DNA of 63,953 bases, filler included, from Octopus bimaculoides (taxonomy: Eukaryota), in assembly GCF_001194135.2 (NCBI RefSeq). It is 8 parts of 8 records of this genome, joined end to end, with 100 filler letters (N's around TTAATTAATTAA, not from the genome) between each part and the next. Parts side by side here need not be neighbours in the genome. Positions count along the whole stretch, not along the records: positions 30,644 to 46,248 come from NC_068997.1; positions 46,349 to 57,096 come from NC_068990.1; 6 more parts are not named here. One strand, given 5' to 3'. The notes below the pieces were generated by a model. It had not been told where the DNA came from and did not search any database. It saw only the letters and a program-made list of their open reading frames with translations. The stretch's first letter is position 1, and every line of letters begins with the position of its first letter. Positions 36,833 through 52,036 of this stretch are shown here, piece by piece. The position numbers and the translations under genes are program-made.

Positions 36833-37675
36833 GTAGAGAGAGAGAGAGAGAGACAAGTACATATATATATATGTGTGTGTGTGTAAGCGTATGTGTGTAT
36901 ATTCATATAGCTAGCTTGTTATAGGAGGGTAAATAGAATTTCACCTTCGCCATTATTTAAAGATTGAGTGGTGCGAAAAAAGAAAATCCAACTGATAAGT
37001 GAAGAGAAATATCCGTAAATTCTTTAAAATGAGATAAAAATACTGAAATAAAAATTATTTTAAAACATATATATCAAAAACTGAAGCACCGTACTTAGTT
37101 TCAATGGAAAGCTGTTCAATTGGACAAATTTCGATAACAAAATAATCAGAATACTCAAAAATTATTTTGGACACAATCGTAAAATATAGCGCAATACAAT
37201 AGATCGGAGAAAAACTGGCTTTAAGAAACGGAGATAAACTCTTTCACTTCTTTGATAATTTAATCCAACCATTCTTGCTTCCAAATTATTTATATTGCTC
37301 TTCTAAAATACTGGGTAGATTCTATATTGTGAGAACCAATTTTAAAAGCTGCCACAGAAATTTGGCATCAGTTTCATAAAATTCGTACATTCTTCATTTG
37401 TTTCATTATTCTTTGAATGTTACGTGGAAAGAAACATTAATTATGAGTTTTAAAGAGTAAATACATATACATGCATAAAAAGTACTTGCACACATGCATA
37501 AACATATACACATAAATATCTACACATACCATAAGCACATATATACAAAAATGTGTATATATTACGTATATCATCTACTACATCATGAATATTATATACT
37601 TACATACAAGCAGATGTGTGTATGCGTATATATATGGTTGTGTATGTATGTACACACCCATACATATATTTTTGT

Positions 37676-37740
<65 letters not shown>

Positions 37741-40700
37741 AAATGGAGTCAAACGCAGGGGTCATTCAACTCATTTATACTTCCAATATATGTTTCGAAA
37801 AGAGCATAGTGGGAGGAAATAAGAATAATGTAAAACAATGCAATCATCTCGTCAGGGACTGATCCTATATTTTTCACTCAACCCTGGAATTTCTACCTTT
37901 ATAAGTATGCTGGAATATCCTTATATCCTTATATATATATATAACTTGAAACCACCAAAATAGCTACCACGCTGTCTGGAAATTGTCGTCCCACTTTACA
38001 TCGTGCGTTTTACATCAATATGAACAAAGGTAGATATACACACATACATTCCATATTTTCTTTGAATGGTGTGTATATGGTTCATTCTTCCTGCTTAATT
38101 CGCAGACATAAAAAGTCAGTCATATCACCAACTCTCTTGAAGGCGTTGTACACTAAGGGATGAAATATCTGAACTGAAAAATATACTGACTCGTTTCATG
38201 CAGATCTATCAACCGTATAATATAATATATTGTATTATATCATATTATATTATATTATATTATATTATATTATACTATGGCATAGCCTTCAGTTGGTTAC
38301 GACAAGTAGTGTTCTAGCTGATATGATCGACCGAACTGGCTGCTTGTGAAATAAACTTTTAAGTGACTAAGCACAAACTCGTACCCTTAACGTAGTTCTC
38401 AGGAAGATTCAGCGTGACACAGAATGTGACAAGGCAGGCCCTTTGAATTACAGGTACAACTCATTTTTGTCAGCTGGGTGGACTGGAGCAACGTGAAATA
38501 AAGGACACAACGCGGAGCCTTGAATCGAACTCGCGACATTACGATCAGAAGCCGAATACCATAGGCAGTCAGTCATGCGCCTTCACATCATATTATATTA
38601 TATATAGACACATTTCTTCTATCTCGTCAGTCATACTGTGTTACCCACTCAACCCCCTTCAATCACAGGTCCACATTAACTATTAAACCCATTCCGTCTC
38701 CCACAGAAAATGGGTCCTTTGCAAACGCTAGTCTCTTGCTTCAGACACAGACCTGTTAAAAAAAACAAAATCAAATACCCACTTACATATGAGCGTTTAG
38801 GTCTTCCAACACTGAATTACTCGACAATATTGAACACAGGTTGATCTAATACAGAAAATTATTCTAGATTACGTGCTAGTGAGTGATCCACGATGATACA
38901 ATCGCTCGACCTACCAGAAGTAGAAACCTAATCTCCCTCAAATCAAATATCACTGCCTTAAAATAGAAGGGTATATTGAATATATTATATATTAACAGAA
39001 AGCAAAATGTGGCCTTCACTGGGAAGCGTTTGATCGAACAAGTCTGATTTGAGCCAAACAAAAATAAAAACAAAACCACCATATTTGCGATCACATTCAA
39101 GAAATGGACATCCCAACTTACTGACAAGCCTTCAACTGTACAATGTAACCACCGACATATTGTATCCTTCGTAACGTTGCGCAACTCTTCCCGCACAAAA
39201 CTCCTCCTAATACATATATATCTTGTGCCTTTTACGTAGACTCCTTCCATCCTGCCACGAACCATAAACGCTAACAGCAGACATGCAGCACTCCGCAATT
39301 CACTCATTTCTATCCATGCTTCCTTACAGAAGTCGAGAAACATATATCGATCTGCCAAATCTGGGAGAGCCTGCAAGTATTATAAGCGTTGCCTCATCTC
39401 TTTTTCACAAAGCAGTTGTTGTTACCATTCCGCTACTGAAGTTTCCTGTCCATTTTACACAATGTATTCCGCTTCTGTTTTTTTATATTGAAAATCATTA
39501 AAAATACATTAAAATATGACACACTGGTTTTTTTATTCACTTTGGTTCCTAATTTTTTTATTTTTTTTATTTTCTCGTTTGCCATCATAGAATTATTGAT
39601 TCTGTTTCTAACTGAATACAATTATTATATCTAGACAATTTTAGACAATTTCCTTGTACTGATCCACTAATCTTCCATTATTCCATTTCTTTTGCAATAG
39701 CATCTGCTCTATTTCTGTTAATACCATTTAATATACTTCAATATATGTATATCTAAACTATGTTAACGTGTCGATCTAAACCCTTGCTCAAACAATTCCC
39801 CCTCCTAATGCATTTACGGATCACTGCAAAGGCTTTCACTGGTGATGGACTCAAAGTTTTGTTCTCTTAGCTCTCATAGATAATGCTTTGTTCTTTCAAC
39901 CTGCAATTAAGGTTCCCTAAAATCCTTAAATGAAGATCTAGACTATTTCAAACTAAAATAAATTTGGAAGACAGTTGTGCAATCCTTCCTCAGAAATATT
40001 GGCAGGTCATAAATGTATGTCCTGCTTATTGACAAAGAACTTTCATCCGGCTAATAAACCCATCACAATGAACTCTTTTATGTTGTGCGTTTTTCAGTTT
40101 ATTTCTTTCTGCATACATTTTACTCTCTTCTCTTTCCATCTCTTTTTTCCCAACAACCCTTTCTTACCTTCTCTGTTTCTGTGTTTAAAATTTCATTTTC
40201 GTTTCTCTCGCTTTTCTAACTTTTATTACATTTTATATTGCAATTCATGAACAACACCATCGGTCGTTTCCATCGAGTCAATCACTAGCTCACTGCATTT
40301 ACAACAGCAAAAGTATTAAGAGACAGCTTATGTAACACAGGGAAGAAGAAATATCGAAGGGGATATTAATCGAAACGCACTGACGAGACACACAGACACA
40401 TGTATTCGTGCATGTATGTAGCCACTTCTTCTCAGGCAAACCGGTGAGAGAGATAAGAATCCTCATTCTTATAGAGGAAGTAGAGAGAAAAAAATTGGAT
40501 ACATGTGAAATATTGAAGAAACATGCATGCACTTTTGCAGTGTGTATTACACACCTCCCCAAACATATGCGTTTGTGTACGTAGACAGCTACATAAATGT
40601 TTATCACAAGATCACGTGACCGACTGGACTATCAGATGTTGTTACACATCGCTGGTCACAATGCGCTTTGCATTGTTTTAGCCTTCACATGACGCCTCCC

Positions 40701-41509
40701 CGCTGGCTAGGCAAGCAGGCCAACAAAGGGTGACTGGAGCAATATGAAGTAAAGTGTTTTGTTCAAGAACACAACGCGCTGCCCAGTCAGGGATTCGAAC
40801 CCTCGATCTAGCGATCGTGAGTATAAAAGCCTAACCACTGGGCCACGCGCTTCCACGCACACACACACACACACATATTACATATATATATATATATATA
40901 TATATTACATACATGCCATACGTACGTATGTGTGTATATGTATGTATGTGTGTGTTTCCATCTATACAATATTGCTTTCTACTAAAACCACTCAAGACTT
41001 AACACGTGCATCACATATTCTCACACTTGTAAATACTCCTCTTCAGAACCTCATTCAAGCTTCCAAGCACAAAAAAAAAAATATATACCAACACTAAGAT
41101 ATATAGCCAACCACTTCTAACCAAACAATCACACTCACACATAAATACACACATGCATACATACAAACCTAGACACATACTACATATCTTAGTGNNNNNN
41201 NNNNNNNNNNNNNNNNNNNNNNNNNNNNNNNNNNNNNNNNNNNNNNNNNNNNNNNNNNNNNNNNNNNNNNNNNNNNNNNNNNNNNNNNNNNNNNNNNNNN
41301 NNNNNNNNNNNNNNNNNNNNNNNNNNNNNNNNNNNNNNNNNNNNNNNNNNNNNNNNNNNNNNNNNNNNNNNNNNNNNNNNNNNNNNNNNNNNNNNNNNNN
41401 NNNNNNNNNNNNNNNNNNNNNNNNNNNNNNNNNNNNNNNNNNNNNNNNNNNNNNNNNNNNNNNNNNNNNNNNNNNNNNNNNNNNNNNNNNNNNNNNNNNN
41501 NNNNNNNNN

Positions 41510-41542
<33 letters not shown>

Positions 41543-42262
41543 CCCTTTCTTATGAGCAGAATCGGCACACGAGGAGTATGAAGCAAACAACTCTTCTTTA
41601 TAAACATGGCTTTCGGTCGTTTTTTTACATACAACGCAGCAGTTTCCGTCTATCAAATTCAGTTACAAGTCTGTGGTTGACCTAAGGCTATAGTTGAAAA
41701 TACTTGCTCAAGGTACCATACAGAGGGTCTGATCGGGGAACCATGTGGTTAGGAAGCAAACATCTCAACCAAACAGCCATTCTTGCACCTAATATGTGTG
41801 TGTGTGTGTGTGTGTCTGTGTGTGTTTACATTTGTTGTTAAATCGAGTATTGTGTCCTATTTATGTCTCAAAGTTAACAGTTCATCAAGCAGAAATCTAT
41901 AAAATAAATAAATGTCTAATTGAAATATGTACTGAGGTCGGTATGATCAATTCAATTTTTGAAGGTGATACCCCATTACGGCGACAGTCGAAAGACTAAA
42001 CCCAGTAAAATAATGTTTCAAGACTTAATGGCTTCAAATTTAAGGTAATTGATCACTAACCACTGGATAATGAGTTCAAAACTTCATATTGAACTTCTGC
42101 TCTATACGATAACACTATATTTACATCACAGTCTACTTGACTTCCAACAATTAGCAATTGTAATTAGAAGTTGAATGATTAGCATTAAAAAAGATTTCCA
42201 GATTTCTTTAAAAATTATTGTGCAAAATATTCTAAGGAAAAGTAATTTTTCACCACAACAAA

Positions 42263-42362
<100 letters not shown>

Positions 42363-42458
42363 AGGTGTGTCTGTGGTAACTTGAGCTACTACTAATAGTA
42401 GCTAAATGTCTCTCATAAAAAAAGACACAGATTTACACTTCTTCAGGAAGAAAAAATA

Positions 42459-42830
42459 CTATGCGATGGGGCTGCTACATCAGACGCAACACTGACAAAC
42501 ATACTTCACATTAAAGGATTATCTGCTAAATAATATTAATAAAGTTGATGGTATGTCTTCGAAGTTCCATTCCCTGGTAAAACTCCATATAGGTTCTTCA
42601 GGTAGAATTGCCTCCCTTAACTAAAGACCTCAAAATTGTGCAACCCGACCACGTTTTCGGGATTATTTTTGTAATAAAAGAGTTGTGCAAAAAGCATATT
42701 TGGTAGCCGAAAGATTACAGGATCATTTGATACCTCATACGTCAAAATCGGCAACACAGTCTTTGAATCCATAAGGAAAATACGCGCGCGCGCACGCACA
42801 CATACACAATCTCTGTTTTATATATTAAGA
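42459..42830 (-). mobile_element. Non-autonomous Helitron-like element
   Basis: Minus strand begins A|TCTTAATATATAAAA, then a (GT/GC)n tract and a CCGATTTTGA motif. It ends ..GCATAG|T, a degenerate CTAG|T. Confidence 0.5.
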
Positions 42831-44421
42831 TATACATGACAGTCTATGACAGTCTAACAGTCTGCTATAATGATATGGAGATGATGGTATAATTTAAAAA
42901 CAGGATGAACTGGAATATTGGGGGAGTTTTGTATCATGTGACAAGGTACAAAAAGATTAAATTGCTAACTTTGTTAGGGTTTGGATAGGAAAAGAACTCG
43001 AAATCTATGGAACGATTTATCCCAAATAGCATGCAACATTTGACTGCCTTAGGCTAGGAATTGATATGGGTTTCCTTTTGTTAAGTTTCTTTCATGTGAT
43101 AACGAGATGGTGGATCCTTTATAGCGTTGATAATATTTTTAAAATAGTGTTTGTGCGTGTATGTGTGTGTATACGTGTATATATGTATGTATGTGTACGC
43201 GAAGGTGTGGCTGTGTAGTAAGAAGCCTGCTTCCCAATCACATGGTTCCGGGTTCAGTCCCACTGCATGGAACATGAGGCAAGTGCCTTCTATTATAGCC
43301 TTGGGCTGATCAAAGCCTTCTGAGTGGATTTGGTAGAAGGAAATTAAAACAATGACCGTCGTATTTAGATATATATTCTTTCATTCTTTTACTCGTTTCA
43401 GTCGCTTGACTGTGGCCGTGCTGGAGCACCGCCTTTAGTCGAACAAATCGACCCCAGGACTTACTCTTTGTAAGCCTAGTACTTATTCTATCAGGCCCTT
43501 TTTCCGAATAGCTTAGTTACGGGGACGTAAACACAGCAACATCGCTTGTCAAGCGATGGTGCCCCACCATGGCCACAGTCTAATGACTAAAGCAAGTAAA
43601 GGATCTACCAGTAACTTTTTTATATTAGATACTGAGTACAATAAAAAAAAGAGTACAATATTGACTAAGAAAAAAATGAATCACTTTACTGGGAACCTTG
43701 TGCCTGGGGACTACAGCACTAAGCCGCACCATAGTTTCCCAAGCCCCTAACCATGCTTCATATTAGTAATCACTCATATGAGCGTATAAACGGGGAAGTG
43801 GATGGAGAAAACGTCACGTGATATTCTATCTTTTATTGGCATTAATGCTTTCTGTGACACTTCCCGTTCCACGGCATTTTAGGAGCTACGATACTGCGAC
43901 ACTTTCACACTTCCGTTCAACGGGAAGAAATATTTGTCGTGATCAGCTTTATTCGATTTTTGTTTGTTTATGTTTTTTTTTGTTTTCTTCATCGTTAGAG
44001 TGTGGGTCGATAAAATATTTTACATGAATTTTCGTTTCTTGCAGATTCATTCATCACTGATTCATAATAACGTGGTACGCTCATGACGAATTGACAAGTG
44101 ATAACACGGAGCGGCGATCACAGTAAACATTCTACTTGGATCGCAAAGGCGCTACGATCCAAAATGCTGGGGAGAACGTCATATCTTAAATCCTCATATC
44201 TTAAATCTTTTATATATTACTTGTCTCAGTCATTTGACTGCAGCCATGCTGGGGCACCAACTTCGCGGATTTTAGTTAAACAAATCGACACCAGGACTTA
44301 TTTCTTAAAGCCTAGAACCTATTCTATTGCTCTGCTTTATCGAACCGCTTGGTTACAGGCACGTAAACACACCAACACCGGTTGTCGAGTGCTGATGGAA
44401 GACAAATGCACATACACACAC

Positions 44422-44510
<89 letters not shown>

Positions 44511-45138
44511 CATGTGTGTGTGTGTACGACGGGCTTCTTTCAGCTTCTGTCTACCAAATCCACTCACAAGGCTTTGGTCGGTCCGAAGCTATAGTAGAAC
44601 ACACTTGCCCTAAGTGCCACACAGTGGAACTAAACCCGAAACCATGCGGTTGGGAAGCAAGCTCTTTACCCCACAGCCACGCCTGTGCTGTTTTATTACT
44701 TATTTGACCCTGATTCATTTAACACGATTTATTATTTTAATTTTAATATTGTAACCAAACATTCGTGATAAGCGAAGATAAATGTTGACGATACATATGC
44801 TAATCAAACATTGGTTCGATATCCTTGACTACCTTGACTATGCTTGTATCCCAAATATATTCTGCTTTTTGTCGATGTTACAAAATCAGTATATCACTCT
44901 ATGATATTGCTGCATGTTGTTCTTCTTATAGGACAATATTTCTTGTGCATGGACCCTGAAGTATATTTTCTGTCAGTGTATATCAGGTCTATATCATACA
45001 TATGCTAATAGTCGCACGTTACTATTCATGAATATATGCATACCTGTTTCAAACACGTGTGCCATATTTGTATATTGCTGTTATGCCAGTGTTTATTCTT
45101 CGTGCGCATAAATGCATATTAATATAATAGTGTGTGTA

Positions 45139-45186
<48 letters not shown>

Positions 45187-45491
45187 NNNNNNNNNNNNNN
45201 NNNNNNNNNNNNNNNNNNNNNNNNNNNNNNNNNNNNNNNNNNNNNNNNNNNNNNNNNNNNNNNNNNNNNNNNNNNNNNNNNNNNNNNNNNNNNNNNNNNN
45301 NNNNNNNNNNNNNNNNNNNNNNNNNNNNNNNNNNNNNNNNNNNNNNNNNNNNNNNNNNNNNNNNNNNNNNNNNNNNNNNNNNNNNNNNNNNNNNNNNNNN
45401 NNNNNNNNNNNNNNNNNNNNNNNNNNNNNNNNNNNNNNNNNNNNNNNNNNNNNNNNNNNNNNNNNNNNNNNNNNNNNNNNNNNNNNNNNNN

Positions 45492-45556
<65 letters not shown>

Positions 45557-45836
45557 GTATGTATGAATATATATATATTTATAAATGAATATATATCCTT
45601 ATAAATAATATAAATATACTTATATATACTTAAATACTTAACAAACATATTCACACACATGTATACGCATAAAATAGATTTTTATTTATATACAATGTTC
45701 CCCTAAATAAACGGTATATACTGTATATAAATATATGCTAGCACATATTTATAAATATGCATTTATATATACATATATATGCGGTACTCCAGCATGGCTG
45801 CTGTCAAATGACTGAAACAAGTAAAACAGTAAAAGA

Positions 45837-45874
<38 letters not shown>

Positions 45875-47784
45875 GGGGGGGAGCGGGAGATAGAGGTCGA
45901 GAGAGAGAGAGAGAGATCATACATACATACATACACATATATAAATATATGTATGTGTGTTTGTATGCATACAGATATGCATACAGGCATACTTATACAT
46001 ACATATCAACGTGTGTGTATATATAAAGATATATACCCTAAAATAGATTCAGTATACACGTAAGTTAACATTGAAATATCAGTTTACTATTTTAGATTTA
46101 AACATATATATGCAGGTTCACCTACATGAAATATATTCATGAAATATACTGTCGCATAACAGTGTCGTCCTGCGTCTATGCGTGTGTGTATACTTGAGTG
46201 GATATATATATACGTATGCATGTATGTATACACATATATATATATATANNNNNNNNNNNNNNNNNNNNNNNNNNNNNNNNNNNNNNNNNNNNTTAATTAA
46301 TTAANNNNNNNNNNNNNNNNNNNNNNNNNNNNNNNNNNNNNNNNNNNNATATATATATATATATATATATACATATATATATCTTTATATATATATATAT
46401 GTATATATACATACATATACATATATATATATACAGATATATACATACACATATATATAACTATATGTATGATGTATGTATATATATATACATACATATA
46501 TATATCTTTATATATATATCCTTATATATTTATATATATTATATCATTATAATTATTATATATTATTATTATTATATGTATGTATTATTATATATAATTT
46601 TAAAGGCGGCGAACAAGCAGAATCGTCAGCACGCCGGACAAAATGCTTAGCGGCATTTCGTCTGTCTTTACGTTCTGAGTTTAAATTCTACCGAGATAGA
46701 CTTTGTCTTTCGTCTTTTCCGAGGCCGACAAATTAAATTAACATTGGGGTCGAGGTAATCGACAATCACCCCACCCCACAGAAAAATTAATTTTTAGGTC
46801 TTCTGCCTTTAGTAGAAAAGATTATTATATATATATATATCATATATGTTAGCAGCATTTCGTCTGCCTTTACATTCTGAGTTCAAATCCTGCCGAGATC
46901 GACTTTTCTTCCTTTCGGGGTCGATAAATTAAGTACCACTTATGCACTGGGGTCAGTGTAATTAACTTCCTCCATCTCCCGAACCTTCAAAAGTTAAAAT
47001 CGTTATATAGAATTTCTTTATGAAATATGTACATCTAGATGGATTATACTGCTATAACTTCGACATCATAAACTACTGTCCAAATATGAAGGACATTACC
47101 ACTCGCAAGTCACACCAAGAGCCCATTCTTCGTTGTAACTGGTGAGACCCTGAAGCTTACATATATACATATACACATATTAGGCTAATACACGAATTAG
47201 GCTAATAACATGTAATCTCAAACAAAGACTTATTATGGTCGGATCTCTGCCAATTAAATCGGCTCTCCCACCACGCTTGCCTTGTAAAGAAGGTGTCTAA
47301 CAGTACAAAATTAATACCTTGTCTAAAAATTTCGCGGAGAGTTAAAAAAAACTCACCGGTTTCGTGTCCGGCGTACATTTGAGGCCACAGAGAGTGAAAT
47401 AGAGGATCGTGGCTTACTGGTTAGGTTGTTGGATTCATGATCGTAAGATTGTGGTTTCGATTCCTGGACTGGGTGATGTGTTGCGTTCTTGCGCAAAGCA
47501 CTTCATTTCACGTTGCTCCAGTCCACTCAGGTAGCAAAAATGAATAATCTTGCGACACACCGACGTCCCATATAGGTGGTGAATTTATAAGCAATGGAAA
47601 CCGGGAAACAAGCCCTTGTGAGTCAGTATGATTTGAGGAGGTAACTATTTTTTACTGAGACTGAGTCACTACTTAGCGTTTGATAAAATATTTCTCTAGG
47701 GTTTGGGCTGCACCTATTTGGCATTGGCGATTCGACGCTGGCTTACTTGACATCAATCGTTTTAATGATTTTAATAATGTTAAT

Positions 47785-47865
<81 letters not shown>

Positions 47866-48909
47866 ATTTTTTTCTCTCTCTCTCTTCCCCGAAACCCAAC
47901 AAATTTTTTGCCTATTCTTTTACTATTAACTTGTTTCAGTCCATGGACTTCGGTCATGCTGGGGCACCGTCTTGATGGGTCTAGCAGAAAAAAAAATTAA
48001 CCCCAGTAATCATTGTTAAGTCTTGTATTCATTCTATTGGTTTCGTTTGCCGAACCGCTGTTACAAGGATGTAAACAAACCAATACTGATTGTCAAGCAA
48101 TGGTGAGATACACGAAAACACACGTACATATATATAGATATATGTGTGTGTGTGAGTGTGTATATATATATATATATCAAACATACACCTGCTTGTTGTT
48201 TATACACCTGTCTTCGTCTTTTGTTCTTCTGTAAATTTCAGCTCTACACATATATATACATATGTATACGTTTATACATCTGCCAAATTTATTCACTAGG
48301 TATTGGTCGACTCATGGTTACAGTAGAAGACATTTGTCTAAGATGCCGCGACTTGGGATTGACTCCAAAACCTCGTAGTTGCAAAGCGAGATTTTTAACC
48401 GTACAGCCATACATATAGGTTTCAAATTATACCACAAGGTCAGCAACTTGGGGGAGGGCAAATCGATTACATCAGCTCCGGTGCTCAACTGGTTCTTATC
48501 TTATATAGCCTTCATATAGCCTTCACATAATTCTCAAGTAGAATAAGCGTGACGTGTGTAAAGCTGCTAAATTTGACATTACAGGTTCAATTCAAACGAC
48601 ATGCTTCCACACAGTTACCGTTTCCTCAGTTTCCCTGAAAAGGCTTTCATCGACACGAAGCTATATACTAAAAGACATTTCCACCTGATGCCGCGCAGTG
48701 GCAATGATACAGGGATCTCTGGAGTGCGAAGCAAGCCTCCTGATAGGTCATTCAAACAAGCTATGTATTTAAATGCAAAATTATATAGTTAGTTTTTGTA
48801 ATCATGTTTTGCAAACATGCTTGTGTGGTGTATACAAACATTCATGTACATACCAAACATTCTGCCACATTAACGGATGTGTAAACTACTATAAACGCAT
48901 ACAACATAC

Positions 48910-49125
48910 CAACACCATCCTGCCACACACCATAGTGCAATGTACATATAATAACACTGTAACATATTATGTAACCTGAGGTTTCTTCTGTACTGTTGGG
49001 TGTATTTGATTCCATTACATCGTTCTCCACCCAATAGGGAGCAGTGCAGATGTAAGCCGAAACGATCGTCGTGCTAAATAAAGCCTACAGTACACACTGT
49101 CTTCCCTATCAATTATTTAAAATAC
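48910..49125 (+). mobile_element. Second copy of the 430-650 repeat, with a hammerhead-like motif
   Basis: CCTGAG (AT deleted), a long helix, then CCGAAAC-GATC-GTC at 49057-49070. Confidence 0.6.
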
Positions 49126-49307
49126 ATTATACACATATATAGGTTTGGTAATGCAAACAGGAAAAATAGAAATCAAAACATGAGTAAATGTATATATTTT
49201 ATTAAGATTTAAGAGAGGTAACACGGTGACTCAAGAACCCAGACTTACGTGTGTTAGCATATGTATGTATGCATGTATGCATGTATGTGTTCATATATAG
49301 TATGTGT

Positions 49308-49354
<47 letters not shown>

Positions 49355-49611
49355 CACATACTGTTGCATATATATGTGTGAAGGCGCGTACGTATATACA
49401 CACACACACACACACACACACTCAAACATATATCTATGTATATTATAGGTGTAGATATAAAGATATGTAGGAATTTTGTATAACCCTGAATGTATGTTTT
49501 TATGTATGCATAAATGCAAGTATGTATGCATATGTATATATATGTGTATAACTATACATATTTGTGCATATGAATATATATATATATACATACATAAATA
49601 CATACATACAT

Positions 49612-49659
<48 letters not shown>

Positions 49660-49957
49660 ATATGTGTATACCATCATCACAGACATAGATAGATAGACAC
49701 ACATACACACATATTCGTACGCGCGCTCAAACATATATGAATAAACAGCATTTCATAATATTTATATGTTTGGTTGTAAGGCAATTTACTTATGGCAGTC
49801 TTCCTAGCGTCCTACGATGAACATTGAATATCTTCGCAGACAGGTTTCAGCTAATTCGTGCCACAGACTTTAATCTAAGGGAAAATAGTTTAATTCGATT
49901 AGTTTTGCTCGGCGAAGTCGACACGCGTAAGGAATTGTTGCAGTTTAATTGACAGCT

Positions 49958-50075
<118 letters not shown>

Positions 50076-50381
50076 TATATATATATATGCATATATATAT
50101 ACGCATACGCTTACACACACACACACACACACACACAGATGGCGTCCATGTGTTTACATGCATGTCTACCTTTAGTTTTGATTGTACACGCTCACTATAT
50201 AGCCGCTTGTCAATTTGTATTCCCGTATATATTTAAACGAACCAACACATACACCCACACATAGATACTTACACACACACATATATACACTTACACACCC
50301 GCTTTCGAATCCCTACTGTCAAATGTGTATATGTATATATATACATAAATGTGTGTGTGTGTGTCTATGTATGTATGTATG

Positions 50382-50497
<116 letters not shown>

Positions 50498-50811
50498 TTT
50501 ACGCGTGGGTATGTGTTTGTACTTGTGTATGTGTATGTGCTTGTATGTGTTTGTGTGTGTGCGCGCACGCGCCGGTTGTTTACTCCGAATTTTCGCCCTT
50601 ACTGGCTTCTCGAACAACTATTTGATCAGATGAAATGTTCCTAAAAATATAATATCTAAGAGTATATAGAAAATGTATGTAGGATACGGCAGTCAACAAA
50701 CATAAAAGAAGATCAAGGAAATGAAGAAATTTTGGTAAAAGGGAAAACAAAAGAGGTGGCAGATCGAGGCGTGGACATATCATATGCTTCGCCACCCGAG
50801 TTGTAAATATT

Positions 50812-52036
50812 CTTTTCTACTCTAGGCACATGGTCTGAAATTTGGGGGGAGGGGGCCAGTCGATTAGATCGACTCCAGTATGCAACTGGTACTTAATTTA
50901 TCGACCCCGAAAGGTAAAGTCGACCTCGGCGGAATTTGAACTCAGAACGCAAAGACAGACGAAATACCGCTACGCATTTCGCCCGGCGTGCTAATGCTTC
51001 GTACTTCTTTATATTGCCCACGAGGGGCCAAACATAGAGGGGACAAACAAGGACAGGCAAAGGGATTAAGTCGATTACATCAACCTCAGTGCGTAACTGG
51101 TACTTAATTTATCGACCCCGAAAGGATGAAAGGCAAAGTCGACCTCGGCGGAATTAGAACTCAGAACGTAACAGCAGACGAAATACCGTTAAGCACTTCG
51201 TCCGGTCAGCTCGCCGCCCTACCTTAGTTGTAATTATTCTATTGTATTGATATCATGCTGCTTCCTTAGTTAATCGAATCCGTTTTGCGGCGGTGCTACT
51301 TTTTTTCTGATTTTTTCCAGGATCTTAGTGCCATCAACTAATGTTTTTTCCAACTTGTTTCATTTCCAGCACCGTATTATCATGTACTGTGTTGGTTCTT
51401 GTTTGTAAATGCATAAATCAACCGACGAGATCGTGTCATACAAGTGTGTCCGATGTAACAGTTTGAGTCATGGAGTTTAGACCTTCCCTGTTTATAACAA
51501 AATATATTACATCGTTTTACTCGGTAGCTTGCATGTTTCTGTTTCATGTGAATGGAGAGTTTTGGGGGGGATTTTTTCAATCTAGTGTATTTTAGATATA
51601 TGCTATGTATTCGTAACATATGCTGTGTTCTGTTCTTTGAATTTTTCAATGGTATATACTTCACTTTTATTATAAGGATGCTTTTGGCTCATATAGTATA
51701 TACCATACTATATCAGTACTTGTGTGTTTGCCTTGGCATTATATTCGTTTTATATATATGTAGGTAAATTTGTTTTTGCATCTTTCAATAGCAGGGTCTG
51801 CCAATTTATACGGGTATCACATATTAACTATTTTTTTCATTCGTAATATTGGTTTCAAATTTTGGTAGTGGACCAGAAATTACGGGATGGGCTAAGTCGA
51901 TTGGATTGACCCCAGAGCCTAACTGATACCTATTTTATCGACCTCAAAAGGATGAAAGGCAAAGTCGACCTTGAATTTGTATACAGAAATAAGTATTTTG
52001 CTATGCGTGCAAACGATTCGACCAGATTGTCGCCCT
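50812..52036 (-). mobile_element. Three minus-strand family-B SINEs
   Basis: Reverse complements of the family-B head and core at about 50812-51000, 51060-51218 and 51850-52036. Confidence 0.85.

Noticed and set aside
43818-44027. ORF with a signal-peptide-like start, IFYLLLALMLSV
   Set aside because: It starts at GTG, hydrophobicity follows from T-rich composition, and there is no splice or homology support.
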